Source: Massalongia carnosa (taxonomy: Eukaryota). Taken from it: a stretch of DNA of 64,000 bases. Both the position numbers and the translations under genes were made by a program. Below, piece after piece: positions 52,073 through 62,376 of this stretch; within the stretch, counting starts at the first letter, position 1; every line of letters starts with the position of its first letter. The notes below the pieces were generated by a model. The model was given only the letters and a program-made list of their open reading frames with translations, was not told the origin of the DNA and searched no databases. Where the stretch lies: contig OZ287077.1 in the NCBI GenBank assembly GCA_965645245.1, forward strand, positions 682,001 through 746,000, written 5' to 3'.

Positions 52073-54240
52073 CTAGGGCACGAAATCCACCATCTCGTCG
52101 TCCAGCCAGGCCTCGTCGTGGACGAACTCCCCGATCCCGCCGTCTGCATGCCCGTGTCCTGTCCCCGCTCCTCTCCCGTCCACGTCCATCAGCCGGTCCA
52201 CGACATCGTCACCGGGAGGCGTCCTCCCGCCCTCAGCAGCAGCCCCGGGCTCGGCGGCAAACACTTCCCTCGCCACGTCCTTCACCTGCGCTATGATTGC
52301 TACCGCGATCGGCCACACCGCGCCTAGTGCCCGTAAGGCGCCCAATGCCATCGAAACCCGCGCGCGCGCCGCGCTCCCGCCGTCAGTGTGGGTGACGACG
52401 GTGTATGCAGCCAGCTGCACGATAGCGCTCAGCGTGACGGCGCAGGTGAAGAACGGGGTGTGCGCTGTCAGTGAGACGGGAAGGGCAATGAGGGAGGAGA
52501 GGAAGTTGGCCGCGTGCAGGGTCTTGAGCGCGTGGGTGTGGAGCGGATTGGTGGCTGGGAGGCAGGCGGAGACTTGAGTGCAGTGCGTGGTCTCTTGGAT
52601 GGCGGTGAAGACGAGGCTAGAGCGTGGGCGGTGGAGGTGAATGAGTCCGCTATATTTCGGATAGGGGGAATGTTAAGGTTTTGTGGGCTTAAAAGTAGGA
52701 CTTTGGGGCCTATGGTCTTTTGGTTCACAGTGGAAGGCTGAGGATGTTGGTAGGGGGGCGGGTGCTTACGCTCTAATGATCATGTGGGTTTGAAAGAGTA
52801 TCTCGTCGATTTTCCCTTCGTGATCAATCACCTCGCGCTTGCAGGCAGGGAGATGCAGGAGGAAGCTGTTGAGTCTAGCGTCGGCGGCTTCGACGCCATC
52901 AACGTTACCGTCGTAGGGGGAGTCGCCGAGGTCGAGGAGGGTGCTGAGTACGTGGACGGCTTCGATTCGGTACGCTGATGACGGGTAGACGGTTTCACGT
53001 TTTGCGAATGCCTGTTCGCGCAGCGCGGCAAGGGTGCGTGGGGTTGCGGGGCTCTGAAAGAGTGTATGTAGTTAGCTCCCAAGCCAGTATACACGAAAGA
53101 TAGCCGTAGATAAGGGAGGATGGAAAGGCAGGGGAGCACCAAAGCCGTGTCCGAGCCCATAGAGTCGTCGCATGGAAGCAAAATATCTAGGTCATGGCTG
53201 GATAGGCGACATGATTCATGCATATGGAATGATAGAATAGTATCTACAACGTATAATTCCCACATCGTTCGCCGCCAACTCTCCTCCATGAGTGGCGATC
53301 CGTAGGAATGCGCGGCCGCGAAACCCGCGCGATGCATACCCAACTCCAACGCCATTTCGATGGCGGAGCCAAGCACCTCCCGCGCCTGCTTCTGCTCGTC
53401 GCGCGCGTGGAGGACGATGGCGTAGAGGAGGAGAGATTGCACCCGAAACCCCGTCCAAGAATGCTCGATGGAGAGGGTTTCGCCGACTGCGACGCAAAGG
53501 GCTTGGGCTGCACCCTGGCCATCATAGTGAATGCCGACTAAATGCATAACTTTCTTGAGATGGTCAGGGAATCGGTTGAAGAGCGGACCAAATAAGAATC
53601 TTCGAGGCAAGAGGATTGGGTGGTTGTCGTGGAAGTGTTGGTAATATAAGTTGAGCGCGTGCCTGGATGCTGCTTGGGTGGAACCTGGATTCACGGTGGA
53701 TGAGCATAGCTCGCGTCTCTTTTCTATATTTTCACCACCGTGAGGAACCGATCTGTTATCAAAGACAAAGTTTCCTGGCGGTGAAGTTGAATCGTTGAAC
53801 ATTTTAGAAAGGTATTCTTGGTCAAATATGGATTCTGATGGCGTCTGGGTCGGCGGAGTGAAGAGCTGCGGCATCTGCAGCTTAATCATCGAGCTCTCCA
53901 TTTCATTCGCCTTAGGATCCAGGAATCCACTTCTCATCTGCTCAAGAGCACTGGTATCTGATGGCTTAGCACTGGTATCTGATGGCTTACTTTGATCCCG
54001 ACTCATCGACTCATTATCGGCTGGGTTCAATCGTGGAGACCCCGGGCGCTTCCGAGGGCCTTTGTAGCCACGACGAGACTGCACGTACCGACATTGGCGT
54101 CCTTCTGATTGGCATCTGCTACAGCTTGGGGTCGTCGCATCGCATTTCAGGTGTCTGCTTCGACAATCCGTGCACGCCACAGGGGCCGGAGATGATGTGT
54201 CCATGAAGCTGTAGACCACGAGTGACGAACGGGCAGACAT
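52073..54240 (-). CDS. Zn(II)2Cys6 transcription factor with fungal-specific TF domain, 3 exons (start at 54240 or 54204)
   Basis: ACTDCRSRHLKCDATTPSCSRCQSEGRQC, then YYQHFHDNHPILLP, ESWRRTMWELYVVD, DEILFQTHMI, HLHRPRS and HTPFFTCA. Confidence 0.92.
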
Positions 54241-54796
54241 GGAAGTTTAATGTTCTCTTCAAACAGGAGAAAATAACCGCTTTAAATGGATAATACAACA
54301 AAATCCGAAGGAGCTTGATATAAATAGGGAAAGAATCTCTTGAAGACTCGATACGATCCACTCAAGATATACAGGTCACCGGCTCAAGGAAGCGATCAAC
54401 GTATCACATTGTCCATGCGCGCTTTCTGCTACACAAGAAACGATCGGAATCTGGATTGAGAAGAGTCATGTATGGCCAGGTACTCTATTACAATGATAAT
54501 AACCGAATCTCCTGAGAAAGATCTCACAGTTTTATTTCCGAGCCCGCATCCCCTAGTTAAGAGTACTCTCGGCGACCTCGCTTAGATAACTTTAAGTGAT
54601 CGGCGACTGAGTTAGGGGAGTCATCGAACCCAGAATGGGGTGTAAATGAATCATATCCTTGACTGAATGGATACCTGACTTTCAGATTCAAAACTTGTCA
54701 GTTGGAGCTTCTCCCTAATACCTAATACTAAAATACTAAAATACCCTTTAACCTCATCGTCATTCCCTTGCTCGTCGGCGCATCAATTACGCCACT

Positions 54797-55113
54797 ATGT
54801 GCAAACCCGGAACTTGCGATACATGCAGTACGTCGTCTCCACCTCGATCAGATTTCCACATATCAAATTCTCGAAATCCCATTTCTTGATTGGACTCGTT
54901 TACCGGCTTTGTTTCATTCTTCTCATCTCTCCCCAGCAACCACCCATCAACCACTAACCCTTTCTTCGCTAAGAGAAATCAAGCTGGTGGGGTTGCGGTT
55001 TACACATCCCAAGCGTCATGGACGGCATCCCGCGCGAGAACTGGTGCACCTGCACTCCTCTGACGCAGAGTGGCGGGAAGGAGTATCCGCCCAAAGCGAG
55101 TAAAGCAAATTGA
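54797..55113 (+). CDS. Small Cys/His-rich microprotein (56 aa; exons 54797-54827 and 54974-55113)
   Basis: MCKPGTCDTCKKSSWWGCGLHIPSVMDGIPRENWCTCTPLTQSGGKEYPPKASKAN*. GTACGT donor, CTAAC branch point and AAG acceptor. Absent from the ORF track. Confidence 0.8.
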
Positions 55114-55413
55114 GGGGGGGTTTGCAGGAGGACGAAGGGTAGGGGGATGAGTGTGAGCTTGATCAGGGCGGTTGATTAAGCGAGCGTGAAGGTTGATTGG
55201 AAAGGAGAAGTCTAGTTTCATTGTACCTACGAAGGATGACGCTGAAAGTCCTTGCTAGCGTACATGAGACGTGCATTAGTGTTTATTAGCTTACAAGGGG
55301 AATATAGTACTAAAATAGTCTAGAAAATCTCGAATTGCTTCTGTTCTCGTCGTCAAAAAGACAGTAATACTACATCTGATATTCAGTAGAAGGTTTTAAT
55401 CATCATCATTATC

Positions 55414-56692
55414 ATGCCCAATGCACAGAGCAATAGTTTCACGATTGCACAAAGAATACAGGCTTTAGCGCTTGTAGAACACGGAATTGCGGCAAAAATC
55501 GTGCAAGCAGTGACTGGAGTCTCCACAAGATCGATTTCAGCTCTCAAAATCAAAGCACGACAGCGTGGATATGATCCAGCTGTATCTCGTGTTTTAGAAG
55601 TAGAATATATAGAATATGCACCTCGTTCAGGACGACCTAAAAAGGTTACGCCGGAGGTAGAGCAAGCTATATTGAATAATGTAGTGCAAGATCGAAATAG
55701 CAGAGAAAAATCATCAGCTATGATTGGCTTTGATCATAAACTCTCCTCCACTACTATACTTCCTACGCTTAAACAGAATGGGTTTCGCCCCTGTAAAAGC
55801 ACGAAAAAGCCAGGTCTAGATTCGATCATGAAAGAGGCTCGTCTGCAATTTTGTTTGCGATATCAGCACTGGACTATTGATGATTGGAAGAACGTTATAT
55901 GGACTGAAGAAACACGCATTATATTGGGTTCTAGACGTGGACGAAGACTTCAGTGGCGTACCTCGAAAGAAATGTATGCTAAAACGTGTATTCGACGTAG
56001 ATGGAAAGGATGCTCCGAGTTTTTGTTTTGTGGCTGTTTTTCGTACGATAAGAAAGGACCTTTTCATATCTGGAAAACAGAGACCGCAAAAGAGAAAAGA
56101 GAGGCTCAAATTGAGTTAGATAAACTCAATGAGACTTTAGAATCAGAAGCTAAAGAGAATTGGGAGTTAGAAACCAGCATGAGACGAATGAAGCTACGTA
56201 ATCCAGGAGGTCGAAAACCTATCTGGAAATGGGATAAAACATACGGTAAAGTCGTTCGAGATGGCAAGGGAGGAGTGGACTGGTATCGTTATCAAAAACT
56301 CGTCTTAATTCCTAAGCTTCTTCCATTTGCAAAAGAATGTATGATAGATCGACCAAACACTATCGTACAGGAAGACAAGGCCCCCAGTCACGCATCCAAA
56401 CATCAAAATCTGATCTTTGTGGATTTCAACGTCATGCGTCTGTATGGCCTAGAAATTCTCCTGATCTGAACATGATCGAGCCTTGCTGGTTCTGGATGAA
56501 GCGAAGAATCACTCGATTAGTGCTCCGCGGACTCGTATTGAGGCTGAAAAGGCCTGGACAAAGTGCTGGACGGAGGAGTTGACGCAGAAAAGAATTCAGT
56601 CCTGGATTGAACGTATAAAGCGACATGTTGATATTGTTAGACGGAGGTAACGAGTATAGAGAAGGCAGAGAGATCGGAGTCGTACGACCGTA
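55414..56692 (+). pseudogene. Tc1-type (DDE_3) transposase of element A, frameshifted
   Basis: RSGRPKK, WKNVIWTEET, VQEDKAPSH, then a frameshift to WPRNSPDLNMIEPCW and further shifts to GGNEYREGR...VVRP. Confidence 0.88.
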
Positions 56693-57006
56693 TCCCTTCG
56701 TCTGGCCGTTTGGCAGCCATTTAGGGTTCAGTTTTACACCCACCGTCACCGGGTAATGACTAATAACTTTAATCTGACCAATCAGATTTACTGCATTTTC
56801 CCTTTCTGACGATAATGGGTACAACACCTCAATTACCCCTCATGATCTATGTAAAATGTCCCAACATGCTTCCTTTTTGCAGCAAGGCCCACAGCTCTTA
56901 CATTGCCAGATGGTCTGACTTGCACGTCTTCTTTTGGTGCAATTTCCTTCTATTTCGGCAAGTGGCCGGCGGCGTTTGAGCGTGGGCATTTGCCTTTTGC
57001 AAGCCA

Positions 57007-58329
57007 CCGCGGGTGACAAAATAAATTGCAACGTGTAAGCGAATTTACCCCCCCTTTTTTATTCAAATTTTCATCTCACCATCAACCATCATCTGCATAG
57101 CTGATAAAATTCATCTAAATTACATGAGATCAATAACCAGTCATCGCCCCCTTTGCATCTTTTACCTCTTTCAATCTTTTGGGCATGGATAACACCCTTT
57201 CATTGATAAATTCCTGACTGACTCGAGCCCATCCCTCCCTAATCAGCTGCTCCAAACTTGCATCGTCCCAATGAGGAAATTTACGAACATGCTGCTTTGC
57301 GGGCTGCCAGCAATTTTCAATGGAGGCTAGATCAGGAGATGAAGCACAATTGAAATAGTGCTCTAAATCGTGATCTAACTTCCACTTTTTGACCGCGTTT
57401 CGTGTCTTGCCCGTGCCATGACCAGAGTCTCCATCTTCTTCAAGTACGAAGTCATCTCCACGCTCCAACCAGGGCTTGACAACGGGATCAAGAATAGCGT
57501 CAATATACACCTGATGAGTCATTTTTCCATTGCTATTGCTGGGCACATCGTAGAAGTAGATATCCGACTTGAAATTGTAACCAACTGCTGCCCAGCAGTG
57601 CTTTCTTTTACGATCTTTCTCAGGTGGTGCATCACGATGCTGAATACAATCCCAACGATATCTTGTTCCGGGCTTACGAATGATTCGTAACTGTCCTTCA
57701 GACCCTAGCCAAAATGAATCTCATCGCTGAATCGTACGCGATGCCAGTCTTCGGACCGAGGATATTTATTTAACATAACTGTAGCAAATTCTTCTCTTCT
57801 TTCTTCTGATGCCATTGCCAGCCACCCTTTGACACAGGCTAGACATTTGTGATAATTCAAGGCAGCTGTAAGAGTTCTCTTCATTGTACGTCCCATCACG
57901 TCGGCCCCAATCTCCTGTGCTAAAGCATCCCATGTGTAGCGTTTTCCTTCCAATTGTAGATCTTGATCCTGCAGAATGTGATCTGCCTCCTTCAGCTGAT
58001 CATCACTAATCTTTCGCTTTCGACCCCGAGTCTCAACGAGAGAAGAATTGTGACGTGTGCGAGAAGAAGCTCCGCTTTTGATGATGTTATAGCCCGCGCG
58101 CTCGGCCACGCCAAATTCCTGAAAAATGGCCCGTGGATCGAATGGAATTGCATGTGAGATGAGAAATTGATAAGCTCCTTGAACTTTGGCCTTTGTGGGA
58201 GTATCATAATGAGGCTTTTTGGGTCGAGACATTGATGATGAGATAAAAAGTTGAAAAAAAGGAGGGTGTTTTGATGGGGCATTCAGGGGTAAATTCGCTT
58301 ACACGTTGCAATTTATTTTGTCACCCGCG
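57007..58329 (-). mobile_element. Tc1/IS630-type transposon B (about 1.32 kb) nested in the piggyBac element, with an 8-9-bp flanking duplication
   Basis: Perfect 44-bp TIRs at 57008-57051 and 58286-58329. Direct repeat TGCAAGCCA at 56998-57006 and 58330-58338. Confidence 0.9.
57130..58232 (-). pseudogene. DDE_3 transposase of element B (TAG plus frameshift near 57705)
   Basis: ETRGRKRKI, WHRVRFSDEIHFG*, then shifted GQLRIIRKPGTRY, VLEEDGDSGHG, SPDLASIENCW and SMPKRL...GAMTGY. Confidence 0.88.
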
Positions 58330-59414
58330 TGCAAGCCAAACAATAGGCTTTCTTAGATAAATGCTCCCATTTGCATACTACCTCATCTGAAATTGATGAT
58401 GCTGAGACGCCTTTTCGTAAAATACCCCCTTGATTGGTTAGTAGGGTTTGAACTATTTTCTTTTGAAATTCCGAATGACTGAGTCTTGAATCAGGATAAA
58501 GAATGATCTACAATTTGAAGGCATTCAACACGGCTCCTTTTAAAAGAAAGATGAATAAGGGCCACCAGTATCGTCGATCAGATCTTTCAGGACAATAGTA
58601 CGATCTTTGCTGAGCATTCCCATCTGACCCGCCCATGTGCTGATTATATTCCACGATGGGCATGGGAAATGAGAGCCTTTCTTCTTCGTCAACGATGACT
58701 CTGCAATCTGTGGGAATTCCATGACGTCGACGAGCATTCTTGTAGATCATCGTCTCCATTTCCTCAATTGTATGAATGGTGGTCATGAATTGTACGGTGT
58801 TTAAATCCACCCAAGCCATACATAGAATGTCCCCTTCTTCAAAGATTTTTCTGTCTTCTTTAACTGTGGTTATGGCCTTTTCCCCCCAGTCTTTATTCTT
58901 TGTGGCAGCTGCACGGAGACGTAGTAAATCAGCTGGAAATCCACATCCCGATTTGGCCGTCCCACAAGCCCCAATTCCAATGCTTTTCAATGCTTTGAAA
59001 AGTCTGATATTGGTGAAGAAATTATGAAGAAACACGGCGTATTTTGACGTCTCATAAGAAGGTAAATTCCGACACAGTTGAATGACAATCAGGGAAGATG
59101 GTTTCCATTTGCTGGCTGAAAAATGTAATTGTCGAGCTGTTTTCAACTCACTAACTTTTGACACCTATTTATCAAAGTTAGTTGGCTTATTTTCAGCTCA
59201 TTTTCTAGCTCATTTCCCAGCTCATCTTTTGACTCACCTTGGAGGTAAATAATAAGTCAAAAAGGTAATTATTCTGACATAGACTATAGATTTTGAAGCC
59301 TACACCAGCCGCCTTAGTGGCTATTTGCATGGTGTGGCAACTTCGTCCCCTGAATAAAATCAATTGCTCATCAACTAACAAATGGCTTCCAGGAATCCAG
59401 TATTTCTTTGATGC

Positions 59415-60418
59415 TGTAATACGGATGGCGCTAGAGGGATACGTGACTAGCATGAGCCAAGCCGTAGTACTTAGTCGCACAGCCGTCGAGGTTGACATGA
59501 CGCCACCTTGCCACACAACTCCGAATTAGTTGTTACTACGTTCTAGACTGCTTACAGATCAAACACCTGTCGAGGCCGTGGTGGTAGATTGCCATGGAGT
59601 AAGGCGAACTCCTGTGGAGACTAGCCGTGAACTCTATATGGAATCTACTGGCCTACTCGGAGCTACTCGATCTCTTGATGGATCAAGAGTTGTAGCAGGA
59701 GGCACGGCTAGCTGGACGCAGCTTGAGCTCGGCCTCCCCGGTGTAAACTTCAGCTTCAACCTTTATTGCTACGCTGGTAGTGATGTCGGCTGAATGAACC
59801 TACATGACCTTGTGGTCTAGACCTTGTGTCTAGAGGCAGGTCCGCTGTGTAGATAGAGATTCAGTCGGAGGTAACCTTCCATCGCTACGTTGGTAGTGGT
59901 GACGGCGAAATGAAGCTACATAGCCTCAGCGTCTAGACTTTATGTTTAGAGGCAGGCTAGCAATGTAGCGAGGGATCTAGCCGGAGGTAGAAGTGTTCTA
60001 CCTTGCAAGGGAAGATCTAGAAGGCTGCTCGAGGCTGACTAGATGATCCAGCGAACGCCGAGTTCGTAGATGAATCCTGAGGGATGGTTGGATGTAAGGC
60101 GATAAGGTCAGAAGTGGGTTGCAAGGCTCCTAAGGTTCCAAGGCTCCCAAGGCTATAGGCTTGGGGTGAGTAGGATAAATACCAGAACGAATCCTGTAGT
60201 ATTCATTAGCAATTAGTCTTTATTCTATGAACAACCTACGTTTGGGTCTCGGACGAGATCTCTTGGTCTAAGCACTTCCACATCCATTAGTTCTTTGGAT
60301 CACGTATACTCTCGGAGACCAGCACGTAGTAGCTATCTTCCACCTCTCACGCTGAGCATTTCCCCTTTCGAGATCAGTGTCGCTCGTGATTAGCTTACTG
60401 GTCTCGTAGCCCATTACA
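59415..60418. mobile_element. Solo LTR (1004 bp) inserted in the piggyBac transposase
   Basis: TGTAAT...ATTACA termini with a 5-bp TSD GATGC at 59410-59414 and 60419-60423. Removing it restores DFRKAS|KKYWIPG. Confidence 0.85.
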
Positions 60419-61523
60419 GATGCTTTTCGAAAGTCTGTGGTCAATGGTTCCAGCTTTTTCCACCAATCAGGGCCTCGAGTATCAATGGTCTCGTAGGGAT
60501 TGGATATTTTCAAAAATCGCTTGATTTGCTCCCATCTTTTGAGACTCATGGCTTGGGTAATCATCTCATGAATGGCAAAGTTTGAAGTGGTATTCCAATA
60601 GTCGGTGATACGAGGCATACGAGCTAGGCCCATATATAGAAGAATTCCCAAAAAAGCTCCTATTTCAGCAGCTGACGTGTCGTGTCTTCGACGTTGCTCC
60701 TTACTGTCGCGGGAATACTCCTTATTTGCTTTCAAATTGGTGTTTTCGGCTACAATTCTCAATAAATCAAAGCTGAAAAAGAGAGAGAATAAACTGTAGG
60801 GAGTCTGTTTTATCAAGCCCAATGTCTCGTAGGTTTGGGGTGATCGAAATGGGATTGAAATTGGAGAATAACTTGATGACGGAGGGGGAATAGAATCAAT
60901 GATGCTTTTCACGCTTGGTTTATTTCTTTTTGACTGTTCTTTTAGCACCGAGGGGGGCAAAGTATCTGATTGATCAGGAACCTCAGTTTCTATGCCTCTC
61001 ATGATGATTTACTCAATAAATTTAGCTGTTAAGGTGATTTTTAAGTGATGTTTATCTCTTTATTTACTATGCGGCGAAATAAAGGGGTAAAAGTTTTGAT
61101 GTTCGCGACTCAGCCTTACGGTAAAAAACTAAGCCTATTTGAGGTGGCTGCCAAACGGCCAGACGAAGGGATAATAAATATCTATCCATGCAAATATACC
61201 CATGTAAAGTGGCTTTTTTAGCTGCATATTTAGCCTTAGCAAGGACTTTCGGCGTCATCCTTCGTACAACAATTGTTACGAGTAGTCGTGTGTACACTAG
61301 TGCCAAGCCAAACTAGTTACGTAACTCAAATCAGTCGGGAAAAGAAGACGCCGAGTCTGCGACGCCGAGCCCGCCTTTGCATGACAAAATATAAACCAGA
61401 CCAAACGCATAAATAAAGACAAGGGAGAGGAAGCCAGCGGTTTCTTGAGAATAATCCAACTACGGAGTACTGGTACTTGTATTGTACACTCAACAGCTTG
61501 AAACCACGTGATTAACAACCATC

Positions 61524-62376
61524 ATGGCGTCTCGCGCGAAAAAGTCCTCGCCGTTAGGGACTTCGCTCTTCATCGGGCTGCGGGCCGCCGACGTGGCGCT
61601 CCAATACAGTATCTTCCGCGCGGGATGGGGCGCGCAGCTCATCCAGACCCTTGGCGGAAGCGTCGTTCCGCTGCTAAGCGGGAAAAACGACTACTTCGGG
61701 CTTCCACCGCACGCGGCGCTCCTGACCGCCCTGGCCGCCGGGAGCGCGCTGAAACAGAACCTCTGGCTCATGACCGTTTCGGAGAACGAGATGCAGCCTT
61801 CCGCAGCGCTCTCGATTGCCGCCTTCAACACCCTCGTGAATTCGCTCAACTCCTTGCTCGCGCTCTGGGCGGTCACCTCGGCCGCGCCGGTGCTTGGGCC
61901 CTCCGAGGCTTCCATCGTGGATGTGTGCCGGGCGTCGCCGGGCGTGTCCTTGGGCCTGGCCCTCTACGCCGTAGGCATCTTCACCGAGCTGTTTTCCGAG
62001 ATTCAGCGCAGTCGCTTCAAGAAGGACCCGGCTAACAAGGGGAAACCGTACGGCGGAGGGCTTTTCTCGTTGGCCACGAATATCAATTATGGTGGCTATA
62101 CGCTTTGGCGGACGGGTTATGCGATTGTGGCCGCTGGTTTGCCGTGGGGTGCTTTGGTCGGAAGCTTCTTCTTTTATGATTTTGCCGCCAGGGCTATCCC
62201 GGAGTTGGATGACTATTGCACTCAGAGGGTACGTATATGCTTCTCGGCACATGGCCTTGTGTGCTTCATGATGGTGCTTCTTCTCCGGGAATATACTGAT
62301 TGGATCCTAGTACGGTGAAGCGTGGCTCAACGTTAAGAAGCGCGTTCCATATCGTCTTATTCCCGGCATATATTAA
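61524..62376 (+). CDS. DUF1295 / steroid 5-alpha-reductase-like membrane protein, intron 62229-62310
   Basis: ELFSEIQRSRFKKDPANKGKPYGGGLFSLATNINYGGY and IPELDDYCTQR|YGEAWLNVKKRVPYRLIPGIY*. Confidence 0.85.

Larger units (their letters stand above)
56840..61002 (-). pseudogene. piggyBac transposase split by two insertions and one intron (about 59238-59165)
   Basis: SLFSLFF, EIGAFLGILLYMG, MSLKRWEQIKRFL, LVDEQLILFRGR, FLHNFFT (second catalytic D appears as H), GACGTAK, YNQHMGGSD and a Cys-rich tail CLAC...CKSCGPCC...C. A stop follows NAFKL. Confidence 0.9.
56694..61170 (-). mobile_element. piggyBac-like DNA transposon nested in element A
   Basis: Perfect 26-bp TIRs CCCTTCGTCTGGCCGTTTGGCAGCCA at 56694-56719 and 61145-61170. 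The flanks are GTAT and ATAA, not TTAA. Confidence 0.9.
55230..61264 (+). mobile_element. Tc1/mariner DNA transposon A (outer element of the nest)
   Basis: 28-bp TIRs CGAAGGATGACGC(T/C)GAAAGTCCTTGCTA at 55230-55257 and 61237-61264 (one mismatch), each flanked by TA. Confidence 0.92.
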
